DNA from: the human T2T-CHM13v2.0 reference genome, Homo sapiens
Reading direction: 5' to 3' (one strand)
Length of the DNA stretch: 64,000 nucleotides
Assembly (NCBI RefSeq): GCF_009914755.1
Contig: NC_060930.1
Numbering within the stretch: position 1 is the first letter of the stretch; each line of letters begins with the position of its first letter. A program made the position numbers and the translations under genes. Shown here piece after piece: positions 42,421 to 55,894 of the stretch. The notes beneath the pieces were generated by a model. That model was not told the origin of the DNA. It ran no database searches and worked only from the letters and a program-made list of their open reading frames with translations.

Positions 42421-45084
42421 CTAACTGGAACATCAAGTGCTGAGCACGTAAGTGTTGAATACATTTTTGATGACTGATGTTCTGCTGAATGCGTTTCCCA
42501 GAGATTAACATACTGTCTGTATTGCTAACCTAGAAGAAAGAATGATACCCCCGCAACTGTAGCAAGTACTGTGACCTGTGATTTTAGAGGTTCAGAAGTG
42601 GAGATGCATGAGAGTAAAGATGCAAATAAGGTTCGTTAACAGATATGTCTACCAGTCCTAAAAAATCGTAGGCTCTTTAACTTGTTACCTAATCTACTTA
42701 AGTGATTGGGAATAGGGTGATGATTTTCATTTCACTAAAACATTGTGGTTTAGTTTCCATCCATCTAGAATAATTTTGTTTTATGGTTTGAACATTTTAA
42801 GGAACCTCATCAAAACAAACAAAACAACATGTTGCCTTTGGACAGAATTAGAAACTAAGGTTAAACCTTTACTACAATATGTAATTTTAAAAACAGACCT
42901 ATGGCTATGATCCATATAGGAATGACCATTCATATTACATGTGGAGAAACTCATGCATTAGAGTACGAGAGGATCAAAATAATCACACTTTTTGCAAATT
43001 TTTCTCCTTATTAGAAGTGAATAACAAACGTAAGTTTTTATTTGTCTCTTTTTGTACAAATGAGGCTAGAGCTTTGAAATAAATTTACTTGGGGAAGGCA
43101 CACAACTTGCTAAGGCTTATCTTTCTGCTTTAAAATTAGTGTGTGGTGTCCAAACCGACAGCTGGGGAAGTTTGCATCCCTGGGCTGCAGTGCTGCTTGG
43201 CCCCACTGCTCTTTAGGCCTCTCTGAACTTTTCCTGTGATCTCATTCTCAGTGTCTTTCTCCTCCATCCCTACAGGGACAGATTAACTGGACAGGAAAAG
43301 AGAATGCCCTGGGCATAGTCACCCAGCTGTTTCCCACTTGAGTTATTGAACCTACGGGCGACAGTGTTTATTATGTCGCCACCACAATACTATCTCCAGG
43401 GCCAGCTCTGTGCCAAGGCTCCCCTTGAAACCAAGAACAGACGAGACAGGCATAACTCATGGTGGCTCTCCCAGTGATGAAATATGCCCCTGGTCCCTAT
43501 ATCCCCTCTGCTGGCTACCCTATAGGTACTTCTGCCTGGAATGATTAGGCATTGCAGGAATATTTCATAAAAATCTTATGTAAACAAGACCTTGTGCTTT
43601 GCTTATGAGGTATTAATACAGTCTTTTTTTCCTTCCATTTCTTTCCATTTACAATTGCCATAATCACAATTATTTTTCCTATCCCTAAAATGACATATGA
43701 AAATGAGACCTTGAAAGGAAATCAAGTGCATCAAAAGCTTTTAAGAAAGCTGAAATGTTTAACCTTACAGTTTCTTCTTTCTTATTGAGGAAAATAAAAC
43801 AAAACAAAACCCTAGACAAAATGAAGCAAACTTCTTTTTTAAATTTCAGAAACAAGAGTTGGTCCAAAAATTATGTCCCAAATCGATATTTACAATTGAA
43901 CATGAAGTACTCTTGAATTATAATAAAGGTGAAAAAAGACATATTTAAAATGTTTATTTTTTTAATCTTGAATCTTCAATACAAAAGCAAATACTGTTTT
44001 TGTTTTCTATTGGTTAGTGCATTATCTATCCTGTCAACCAGACTTTGCTTATAAAGTATAAATGCAGATATAGGGTAAGTTTCAGAATAAACTACAAACT
44101 TGGTCATGTGGGTAAGCTTTTTCCTATATGATCTATATTGGGGATCTTCATTGCTTCCATTGAGATACTTTCTAAATATTATTTTCTTCTGTGTCACAGA
44201 GATTAAGTGAAATTTCCCAGTTAAGGAAACAGGTTAGCTTCGTGGTGCTGAGTCTCTTTGGCTTTTAAAATGAAATAAAACAGACCCACTTTGCAATGCT
44301 GTTGTTTGGATTGTCTTTGGTATGTTCTAAGGTACCTGGGATAGTCATTCTTCAGAAAGCACATTCCTTGCTGTGGAGATATTTGCCTGCACAGAGGACA
44401 GACTAACATCATTGTACTGGCAAGCCTCCACAGCCAGGCTGAAGTGTGAAGTGTTATAACTAATTGGGATGTTTCAGACAGAAAACCTATTAGCTAAGTA
44501 GTTAAAGGAATTGTGGGAGAGGGATTTCTTAGGTTATGCAATAATTACTTTCAATTTCATTTTGGCTATGAAAATGCACCAGTGGATACCAGACTTGTGT
44601 CACTTTGGCCTGAGTGAGCCAGCCAGCACTGTTGCCATAGTGAAAGATGTAGGAAATGTGTGCCCAACTAGAGTATGAGGATAGAGATTTTTATTTATGC
44701 TTAAATCTCTGTGCACATGTAGGTACTTTTTTCCTCTTACAATTAAACCTTTTTTATTTCAGGGACCGTAACCAAAAGAAATGTGTCTAAACGAAATAAT
44801 TGCTAGGCTTAAAATAAAAATTTTAGCAAGATAATAAAGATGTTAGTGAGACAAAGCATGACATCATAAAAGGTAGCATTCCTAGTGGCTAATTTTTTTA
44901 TTTCAATAGTAACCTCATACTTTCTAAGAATACATATAAAGGTATACAGAGATTAGAACATTTTGATGGTATAAGATACTACACATGAAGGAATGACCAG
45001 ATTCATTTCTGAAAATCTGAGATTCCCACTCATAAAAAATAGAGTGGAGGGACTAAAAAGAAAATTAACCTAGAAATAAAAAAA

Positions 45085-45446
45085 TACTCAACATTCTGTT
45101 AATAAGCCACTCAAAAAATACCGCATGTTATGTAATTCTACTTGTATAAAATGTCCAGAATAGATAAATCTATGAAGACCGAAAGTATGTTAGGTTTGAT
45201 TAGGCCTGGGGAGAAGGTGGGGGAAGAAGCTGAAGGGCAATGGCTAGAGGGTACAGGCTTTCTCTTGGTGGTGATAAAAATTGTTAAAAATTTCTTGTGA
45301 TGATATTTGCAAATTGTTTAAAATTTCTTGGCTGATATTTGCACATATCTGTGCATGTAATAAAAATCATTAAACTGTACATTTTACATGGGTAGATTAT
45401 ATGTATGTGGACTATTTCACCATAAAGATGATTCATAAAAAAAAAA
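45085..45446 (+). mobile_element. L1MB7/8- or L1ME-like 3' end with a roughly 33-bp internal duplication
   Basis: aaatgtccagaatagataaatctat, gggtacagg, ggtgataaaaattgtt, aactgtacatttta and an A tail. Confidence 0.8.
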
Positions 45447-46497
45447 CTCTTGTACACTTTCTATTTAATCATCTACCATACATCTTATCTAAAGCAAAAA
45501 TATTCCTGTAATTCTAAATGTTTAAATAGCCAATATGTCTGGGTATTTACCCAATTCTCCACTCCCAGGTGGGGCTGGCAAAAGTAGGTGGGGGGAAATG
45601 GGAGTGGCTCTTTCTCTGCAGGGCTGATTTTAGCCCAAACAGTTTTATGGACATCAAAGAGCACACCAAGACAACCAGAATGGAACAGCTGCAGACCTCC
45701 TTTGATCTCTGCCCAATGACCTCTTCATCACATTTAGTGTCCTTTTCAGTCTGGAATTATTTTTTGAATTCCTATTCCTTCTAGGAATTCCTTCTAGAAA
45801 GCTATTGCCTATAGACTAATGCTGGTTACCAAGACGTTTTCCACAAGCTGTAAACCTGTATTAATAAACATCTTCCTTGTGGAGAGTGTGTGTTCTTTAT
45901 ATCTATTTGGTATTGAGATATCTGGGTTATAAGTCTCTTTTTGACATAGCAACATTCCAATCTGTTATAATTGGGCTGCAATTAGAAAGATAATCTTGAT
46001 AATTCAGAGCTTGTCATCTATGGGCTCTCTAGGTCTTTTGTTTCTTCAGTATTTAATCATTCCACTGATGTTGTTCCCTTTATAACATAAATTAGTTAGA
46101 GGAAAGTAATTCTCAAATCAGACTGTTAGCTACTAGTTCTAATTAAGAGATTGGTTGGAAAAAGCAGCCAAAATTAATAATTTAGATATTTTGATTTTTC
46201 ATGTCCCCATATACTATAGAAAAATAATCATAATCATGGTTAGGATATTTATACAATTGTGGACCTTCTGTTCAGTATTCAGGCATTTTTTCTGGGATTT
46301 ATTACTTCAAAAGTGTTTGTATGATTGACTTGATAGACGTTTTACTCAAACCCATTACATTCCATTTAACCCACCAAAAAATATATTAAGTACTGACTAC
46401 AGAACAGACACTGAGCTAGGGTTCTTGTGTGAAACGTAAAGGGAGAATAAACAAACACACAGTAACAGGTAATCTTCCAGTGAAGCAGATTTATCTG

Positions 46498-46498
46498 C

Positions 46499-46530
<32 letters not shown>
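46498..46530. repeat. (CAA)11 microsatellite
   Basis: Perfect CAA x11. Confidence 0.97.
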
Positions 46531-47589
46531 AATCAGATACAGAGAGGACATGTGCTATGCAATAAATAATTTAACAAATAGAAGATAAATGTATCCAAAT
46601 TTATACATAGAGTTCTGGTTTAATGGAAATGGTAAAATGTGAGCAATGCAGTACTTTGCTGCCAAAATACGTTATCCTGATAGTATGTTGGAGACCTGAA
46701 TAAATGTGTACATCTACTTATTCCCAAGCACATCTACATAAAATGAAGCAGTATGTGTGGATTTCTTGTGTTGTAATGTCAAATTATTTACCATGTCATT
46801 GCTTTGGAGAACATGTTATAGAAAAAACTGAATGTCCTCATATCCATTAACGTTTTGGTTCCTTTGTTTTTTGTTGCCATAAGCATTTATGGTAATATAG
46901 ATAATCAGCAAGAGAAATGTGTTATTACACATTAACCAATGAAATCAAACAGTAAATACACTTAGTTCTCAATAATATAATGTCTTGTCCTAAAAGAGAA
47001 TTAAAATGTGAATCATGTTGATCATTTTCCCTCCAGCAAATAACAGGTAGGCTTATAAAAATGCCCATTATGGTGGTCAAGAAACTGGCATGTTACTCTG
47101 TGAAGTCACTGTTCATTCTCCACTTATTCCTGGAAGCCTAGCAAAGTGAAGACTATCTATTATGTTCCAATGACTCACCTCTTCTCCTCTATAACATGCG
47201 GCACCCTTGCGATTCCTGGTCAAAGTTTGTTTTCGCTGCTAAATTGAAAACTCCATGAGCACAGGGCTTTCTTCACTATTGCATAGCAACAGTAAGGAAT
47301 TAAATATTTCCTCAGTAAATGAACTAAGAAGAACCATGGTAGGGGATACAGAAAATTTAAAAGTATGACAAAATTACTTTAGTTTATATGTTTATTTAAG
47401 CAGTTGATGTAAATCTTCTCTTTTTGCCATAAATGTTCTTTGCAGACTCCTACTGAATATTATCCCACATTGCACAGTCTCACTGTGTTTACATGTCTGT
47501 TTCTTCCAGATCTTGCTCAAGCATATGACGAAAGAGTGCTTTGTAGAAGTGCAGCATTTAGAAGGGCATTTTCAGGGCTGGGATCTGGT

Positions 47590-47690
47590 AAATAGATTTG
47601 TGTTTGAATTTCTAGCACTTTGCACAATCATTGAATATGTAGTAAATACCAGTAAATACTTATTGACTTAATGAATGAATCAATGAATCT
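47590..47690 (+). mobile_element. L2 3' end
   Basis: ctagcactttgcaca, cagtaaatacttattga, tgaatgaatcaatgaat. Confidence 0.6.
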
Positions 47691-50600
47691 TTAAAATTCC
47701 AGACATTTTTGTCCTTTTGTGTCTACTAATTTTTTTATCTTACAATGAGCATGTTTCCAAAACAATTTGACATTGTGAGAATCATAAGGATTTTTGCCAA
47801 AGCAATTAACAATTGCAATTCAAATTTTGTGTATGAATAGAAAATAATCACATTAAGTTCTTATTCAATATATAGATTTGTTCAAGAATAAACTAGTAAC
47901 ATAAAATTGAATTTATTTCCTAGATTAACATTCTAGGCTTAAATTTTATGGCATCAGCAATATAATCATTTACTAATTGATGCAATGTAATATTAAATAC
48001 ATTCACTTTCTCATAATACATTGTTTTGCCCCAAAAGGCAATTAAAATGTGGATTATACCACATAATTTGCAGAATCTTACTACACAATATTTTTCATTT
48101 TGCTTTGCTCTTTCCAGATACTCTGTCTTTCCAGTTAATATCTCATCAATAAAGACCTTGATCAATCATTGATAATATAATATTTAGAAAATTTCCTTCA
48201 AAATGTAATTACTTTAGCACTTGCAAAGGGGATATGGAATGTTGCAGACTAGGTGAGATAGAGATTTCAGGACACCCACACAAAATGGGTGTCAGTAGGG
48301 CAGAGGAGTATTATAGAGAACCTCAGTGTACCCATGTCCATGTATGAAATAACCTGCCTCCTGGCTGGCTTAAGGGAGGTTATTAGGTTAGACAACAGCC
48401 ACAAGAAAGACACTCTCTCTTTCTATATCAACAATTATCCTCCTCTTGCTAAACACTCTCAAAATCCTGAATAGTCATATGAATTACTAAATATTAAATT
48501 GGAAGCCAAAAGCAAATAAAACGAATATAATTATGTGACCTTATTTTTGGGAGAACGCAATGCAGAGCACTTTTGGATATGTAATTTTCCTGACCCATGG
48601 AGGTTTCCTAGAGAACAAAGGCCAAAAGGGTGAGATGAAATAATCCAGACAGATGAAAATCTGGTGAGTGGGAGCCCTGGCACTCAGCCCGAGCTGGGAT
48701 CAGGCAATCGCAGAACTTCACATGCCAAACTATTCACTTTGCTTAGTCTCTATCCAGACATAGAAGCAATAAAACCAGAGAAGGACAGTATAAACAACAA
48801 ATAATTGTAATGAAGAAATGTTAACAATGAAAACAGAAATAAGAGAAACAGATAAAGTAAAATAATTTTTAAAAGTTAAAAGAATGTATATTTTTAAGCT
48901 CATTTGCTCTTGCTTATTACAAAATTCTACTCTATGGGTAGAATTTAAATACATGGTATGTAGACAGGTTCCATTTATTCTCATTTTTAGGCTTCACATT
49001 GTAAATTTAGTACTAAAATCACTAACTTTGGGTATGTTGAGAGCAGTGGTTCATTGAGCATACTTAAATGTTTGAGACACCAAACTTTCCTAAAGACATA
49101 CTTAGTGGACAAAGAATCATTTATTGGGGGCAGGAAGCATTAAAACAATTTGCTTTAAAAGGTAAACATGACTGTGAAAATGTAGTTCTCGGTCTTGAAA
49201 AAGATTTGTCTATTTAATTTACTGAATTCAATATCTATATACAACTTTACAAAATTGTTTTGCAAATTTTGACTCTGATTCTTAATTGTCATTAAAGACT
49301 AATTCTCCTAGTAGTAGTTTACACTCTGTTTTGAGTAGACGGGTCTTTCAACTATCTTGAATATTTTAAATTAAAGTTAAAATATTTTCAAAGTGCATGT
49401 GCTGCTCCAGGGCTTTAGGCCAATATCCATCAATTGCTTTGCTCTTTCAGTTGAGTGCGAGTCTCATCCATGACAGCTTTCTGTAAATTAGAGATAAAGC
49501 CTTATTCTGCCTAACATTTGTCCACGCAGCTTGATGACTTCTGCATCTTTTTTATTTCCAGGGTCAAAAAAGAAGAGAATTTGTGTTAGATTTACTCCTT
49601 TCTCTTATCAATAATTGGTCTTATGTTTACATAGCATTTTTTTCTTATTAGGAGTCAGATTAAAGTCACAAATTGTACTCAGATGCATACTGCTTTCCAT
49701 TAAAAAGAACGTGTGTCTTTTTATAAGACAAATGATTTTTAAAGCCGCTTTTAAACATAACAAGATTTAGAAGCTGAGATTATACATTGATTTTACCATA
49801 TGGCCTTTGTCCTAGCTTTGTGAAGCTATCAAAATATCTTATCAAACTCTATATCATGCATTAGCATATACCACTTACTCTTCGTGAGAAAAATACCCTG
49901 GAGTAATTTAAGGTTACAATTATATTTGTAATTCAAATTATTGCCACTGTAACAGGACTTTCTAATATAATTTCTGTTCCTTAGATTTCAGCTTTCATTT
50001 TCCTTTATCCTAGTTATTAAGTATAAAAATATAATTCTCACACTAATCATTTAAAATATAACAGAAAAGTTTTATTCTGTAATGTACTGATGAATTTCTA
50101 TTTCATTTTATATATAACATATTTCCATGGTTTTTTTTCATATTAATTGTATTTACCTCTTATATTAAGGAAATAGAAGTTTCCACCTGCTGTTATTAGC
50201 TTCTGCTATTTTGTCAAGGTAGATTAACAAAAATAAGTCTTTTGTTCAGGATGAACTTTGACATTTTGGACTAAGTGAATGATTGCTAGATCCCAAAGCT
50301 GAACCAGGTACTGCTAAGAACACAGGAAGAATACAATTCCTACTTCTCATGACCTCTGGACTCTGAAGTATATATCCTTTAGTTCCTCAGGCTCTGTTGT
50401 AGGATTTATATGTGCACATATTGCTTCCCCACTCAGCATCATCCATGAATTATGTACAAACCTCCCATAATCCCCGTTTCTAGTTACTGGAGTAGGCGAT
50501 GCAGGCCCTAAGGGACTCTACAGAGAATGCTCAGAGTCCTCCCAAGCACCTTGATGCCAACTACTTCTAGCTATGATGCCATTTCCTTTATGTGCAGTTT

Positions 50601-52329
50601 CTCATGTGTTTCTCATCTGTTTTGAGGGTTATATGTACTAGAAGTATTTTAAAGTGCAATTTCACCAGACATTGTATTAAATGCTTTTCTAAAGTGCATG
50701 TATTCCATCTACCATATCCTTTCATCTTCTATTCTTGTCTATAATAAAATGTAGACCCTCCCTGCTGCCAGATGCTTCTTCTAGATCCCTCTCATTAGGC
50801 AAAAAGAAGTATGCAGTTCTCCACAGCTGCGGCAGTATCCCCACCCCAGCCCCCATTCTACTTTCCAAACTCTTGTATTTACACCATCTCCCTGTGAGGA
50901 GAAGCCCACTAATATATTCTCTGTCTCAGCTGCACACAACTTCCTGGAACAGCTCCCAATAAAAAGCCTAAAGCTTCCTCCCTACAATCACACAAGTTTA
51001 AGTCTTTTCCCACCACAGGCAGACCAGGTCACATATCTTATACTCTAAAGAAGCATTCTTCCTTTCTGCAATTCATAGTTAACAATATGGTGATTCTGGC
51101 TAAAAGAAATATGATCACTACCCTCATCCTATAAGAAGCCCACAATTCCTTATAAAAATATCACCCACTATTTCTTCAAATGGAATGTTATAAAAAACTT
51201 AAAATTGCAAGTATGGGGGATGGGGGAGATACAAATCTTGGGGAGTTTGTATAAAATAATGCATGAAAAGGGGAATATTATCTGGAATGCCAGTCACATA
51301 AGCAAAGAGAAGAAAATTGATTTAAAGGAATAACATGAACACTGAGTCCAGAAAAAATGCTGTATTTACAAAATTCTAAATATCTTTGTGAAGAACAAAT
51401 CTTCTGTTAGTAATGTACATGTTTTTAAATAGCTGAGTATTTGATATTTGCTGGATATTTGATATTGGGTGGGTATATGTGAACAGATACATTTATAGTT
51501 ATCCCTAGACTTTTTAAGTGTTTACCAAAAATAAACATAATAAAATCAGGTTTTAAAATGGGAGATGAGAAATACTAGCCAAATTCAATACTACCACATC
51601 TCAGTACAGATTCCTTTTATCCCTTGAGGATCTGTGAAATCTGACACTGCTCTGTAGGCAAGCTAAAGCAGTGTCCAGAATACCATCCAACATTAGAGGA
51701 CACACAGATTTAGTTTCAACAACCTTGACAGATGTGCACATCTCTATTATAGAACTAGGACACATATATAAGTAGATGCCCTTGCCCTCGGTTACTTCTG
51801 TTTTATAAATGCAAATACCAATTTAATTAAATCATAGACTCGAATGGGCTTTCCAGAGTACAGAAATGAACCTCCACTGAAAGTGTCTTGATTTGAAAAC
51901 ATTCAGAGGAAAACACATCTATTTAGTTTAAGAAGTATTTAGAAGGTCATGTTGTCAGAGAAATCAGTGACCTGCTGCAAGTCTTTTTCTAATTTTAAGC
52001 TGTGATGGATTATCCATGCACAAGCAGCGTGCACTTATAAACCAAAGCACAGATAGGTTTGATATGATACAGTGGTTTTAAACTGTGCTTTAATTTGCAG
52101 CTATTTGAACTACTTCCATTTTTTACAGATATTGAAAATTGGAAATGAGTCAAGCAGTAGCATGTTCCAACATATTGCTCCAAGAAGCAGCACATCAATT
52201 CACCATGTACAGTGAGAGTCTAAAAATTAATAACTAAGTAAAAGATACTTAGCTTTAAAAAATCACATAATAGGAGACTAGAACAGGCTTTTATTAAAAT
52301 CTGGCTGTTGCAGGGAAAAGTGCTAAACA

Positions 52330-52530
52330 GATGGAGTACGGAAGTCCTGGCAGTGACAATTGCTAACTCTGCAACATTGGTCAAATCCATATCTTCTTTA
52401 AGCCTCAATTGCCACTTTTATTAGATGGGGAAAAAAACCAGCCACTTGTATGCATGACTAATGTCAGAATCAAATGAGATAACATATTTAAAAAATTGAA
52501 AGCTCTGCAATGTTTAGTTTTATTATTTTT
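52330..52530 (+). mobile_element. MIR fragment
   Basis: aagcctcaattg, gatgggg, agaatcaaatgagataacatat. Confidence 0.6.
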
Positions 52531-52624
52531 CTGACCATACCATTGGCCACAGTAATCTAGTTTTATTAAAATAATTATTTGTATACTGCTTTTCATGTCT
52601 ATTTTTCAAAGATTTATTTTGCTC

Positions 52625-54130
52625 CGTTCATTTATTCACTTACCATCAAGCACTGAATTTGCCATGTATTTGTCACCTGTGATTTCCTTCCTCGTTGATC
52701 TAATATCTGGTAAAAGAGATTGACATAAATAAGTGTAAAAAATATTATAAATAAAATAAAGGCATATATAGTAGATGTGTTTGTGGCATGAGAGAATAAT
52801 CAACTAACTCTTTCTGAAGGAGTGAAGAATTACTTCATATAGAGTGTGATAGTTAATATTGTGTCAATTGGGATGCGCCATGGGGTTCCGAGGTAGTTGG
52901 TCAAACATTATTCTGGGTGTTTCTGTGAGGGTGTTTTCATATTAGACTAACCTTTAAATCAGTGGGCATGAGTAAAGCAGATTGCTCTGCGTGTTGTGGG
53001 TGAGCCCCATCCAGTCAGTTGAAGGCCTTAATAGAACAAAAAGACTGACTTCCCAGGATTAAGAGAGACTCCTTCAGCTGACTGTCTTTGGATTTCATCA
53101 TCTGTAACACTGACTCTTCCTACTTAATGGCTTTCAAACTGGAATATTGGCTCTCCTTCAGTCTCCCATACCACCAGGCTACCCTGTAGATTTTGAATTC
53201 ATAGCCTCTATAATCACATGAGCCAATTCTCATTAAATATCTCTTCCCTCTGTCTGTCTCCTATTGGTTCTGTTTCTCTGGAGAACACTGACGATTACAG
53301 ATAATGTTCCACTTATGCTAAATATTAAATATAGGTGAGAATTCGAGATGTGGATGATGAAGTAAAGGACCTCATAAGTAGAGAAAGCAGAATGTGAGGA
53401 ATTATATTTGGGCTGTACAGAAACTAAAAAATCAGCCTAGGTTATCAAGATTGGAGGTTCCTATGGAGTGCAGAGGCAAGAGATGAGTTTGGGTGTGAGA
53501 TCATGAAAGTGACTTGTATGCCACCAAAATGCATGTGGATTTTAACCTATAGGAAATGAAAAGCCATTTGAAGGATTTAAACAAAGAAATAAGATGATTA
53601 AATTTGCATTTTAAAGGATTACTATAGCTGCAGTGTCATATGGATTAGAGAGGGTCAAGGCTGCTGGCAGAGAGATTATTGAACTAGCATAAGCCAGGAT
53701 AATGAGGTCCTGCACTAATTCAGTAGTGGTGGAAATGGAAACCAGATGGATATAAAAGATACAAAAGAGATAGAATCAACAAAATTCAATAAGTCATTTA
53801 GCATGGGGATAAAGAGGGGCTAGATAAGTTAAGCAGGATGCCTAGTATTCACTGTTGGGGAATTGGATGAAGCTGATATTGTAATACAGATAAAGGCAGT
53901 TTGTGAAAAATGAGAATTGGTTATAATTTGAGCATGTTATATATGTGACACATGTGGTAGCACCAGAAAAAGGTGCCTAACAGGAAATCACATATATGAA
54001 TCAAGAGAAAGAAAGACAGGGCTAGAATTGTAAAGGTAGAGATTTGGGACACTAGATATAAAACTTATGGATATTGATAAGATGATTCAGGAAAACTGTG
54101 AAAAGTGAAAAAGGAAGGTGACTGAGAAAG
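52625..54130 (-). mobile_element. L2, split by an MLT2 LTR
   Basis: aaatgaaaagccatttgaaggatttaaacaaag...atgattaaatttgcattttaaaggattactatagctgcagtgt. Confidence 0.65.
52845..53299 (+). mobile_element. MLT2C/D-like solo LTR (ERVL)
   Basis: tgtgatagttaat, ttggtcaaacattattctgggtgtttctgtgagggtgtttt, ctattggttctgtttctctggagaac, ending ca. Confidence 0.9.
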
Positions 54131-54684
54131 TAGGCTAAGTCTCACGAAAAATGAATCCCCAGTTTACTGGTTAGGGACATTTATGGAGTTAGGATCAGGG
54201 TAAAAGGCCCTTCATAAGATGGGCCTTGGAAAATAACAGACATTTAAATTCAAACACAAGTTATGATTTGTGTTTAAATTAAGTATCTGTTATGTAAACA
54301 TGCAGTTGGATCTTACTTTGCACGTCATCGCCTATCTTTTAACCTTATTTAAATTATCTCTACAAAGTCAGTGTTTTAGTGAGATGCAAACACTTTAGAA
54401 ATCTTGGACAATGATAAACGGCATTGATTTAAAATTGATGCTCTTAAGTCTACCTGATATTTTAAGAAAGAATTATAGAAGGCAACCTATAGTTACACTT
54501 TTTCTCAGAGTGTGTTTCCTCATCTGGAAAATAAAACAACTTCTAAAACAAATCAGTGTTAAATAGATTGATCTTTAAGGTCATTTCTTGCAATAATGGT
54601 CCATGGCCCTGTGGTTAATGTCTTCCTAATGTTATGTTCTTAAGTAAGTGGCTCCTCAGTGCTGAATTACTTTATATTTTCTCA

Positions 54685-55065
54685 TTTTTTTGTTTCAGTA
54701 GCTTTACAGGTGCAGGTAGTTTTTGGTTACACGAATGAATTGTATAGTGGTGAAGTCTGGGATTTTAGTGTACCTAGTGTGCCTGTCACCTGAATAGTAT
54801 ACATTGTACTCAATAGGCAGTTTTTCATTCTTTACTCCACTTCCACCCTCCCGCTTCTGAGTGCTCAATGCTCTTTGTATCACTCTGTGTGCCTTTGTGT
54901 ACCCATAGCTTAGATCCCACTTATAAATTAGAGCATATAGTATTTGGCTTTCTGTTACTGAGTTATTTCACTTAGAATAATGGCCTCCAGTTCCATCTGA
55001 GTTGCTGCTAAAGACATTATATCATTATTTTTTTATGGATGAGTAGTATTTCATTATATATATAT

Positions 55066-55115
<50 letters not shown>

Positions 55116-55478
55116 TATACACTACATTTTCTTTATCTACTCAATGGCTGATGGGCACTTAGTTGATTCCATATCTTTGCAATTGTGAATTATGCTGCAA
55201 TAAACATATGTATACAGGTTTTGTAAATATAGTGACTTATTTTCCTTTGGTTGGATATTCAGTAGTGGGATTGCTGGGTTGAATGGTAGATCTACTTTTA
55301 GTTCTTTAAGAAATCTTCATATTGTTTTCCATAGAGGCTGTATTAATTTACATTACTCCCAGCAATGTATAAGCATTCCCTCTTCACCACATCTGTGCCT
55401 ATACTAATTGCTTTTGGACTTTTTAGTAATGGCTGTTCTTTCTAGGGTAAGATGGTATCTCACTCTGGTTTTAATTAG
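54685..55478 (-). mobile_element. L1PB3/4-like 3' end containing an internal (TA)n(CA)n tract at about 55054-55121
   Basis: ggttacacgaatgaattgtatagtggtgaagtctgggattttagtg; ttgaatggtagatctacttttagttc. Confidence 0.9.
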
Positions 55479-55634
55479 TGATTCATTATTTTATTGTATG
55501 GGAGGAACAATTTGGACATTTTAGGCAGAATCAATAACCTTCTGGTTTTAAAAACAAAGATCTTACAACATCCTATATTAATCCTCATTGGTGACCAAGA
55601 AGATCTTCCTGACACAGCTTGTAGAACTATAAGG

Positions 55635-55894
55635 CAAGATTTGACAAACTATGACCCACTGCTCAAATCTGACTCATGGCTTGAATTGACATGTCACAGG
55701 AGCTATGAATAATTTTGACATTTTTGAAAGGTGAAAGTAGTCTAATAGATGGAGGGAGAAGAAGAGAAGAAGAGGGAAAAGAAGTGGGAGGAGAAGCAGC
55801 AGTGGCAGAGGCCATATGTGGCCAATAAAGCTAAAACTAAATTCTATCTATCTATCATCAGCCTGCCTATAGAGAAAATAATTGCTGACCTCTG
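55635..55894 (+). mobile_element. MER58-family MITE (hAT-Charlie)
   Basis: caagatttgacaaactatgaccca, gagctatgaataattttgacattt, tgtggcc...aaagc, ttgctgacctctg. Confidence 0.7.

Noticed and set aside
43350-43380. CAGTGT loop as an iron-responsive element
   Set aside because: The 5-bp upper stem does not pair and the bulged C is absent.
48612-48663. 52-nt exon ending at a consensus CTG|gtgagt donor
   Set aside because: The acceptor lacks a proper polypyrimidine tract; isolated donor motifs are common.
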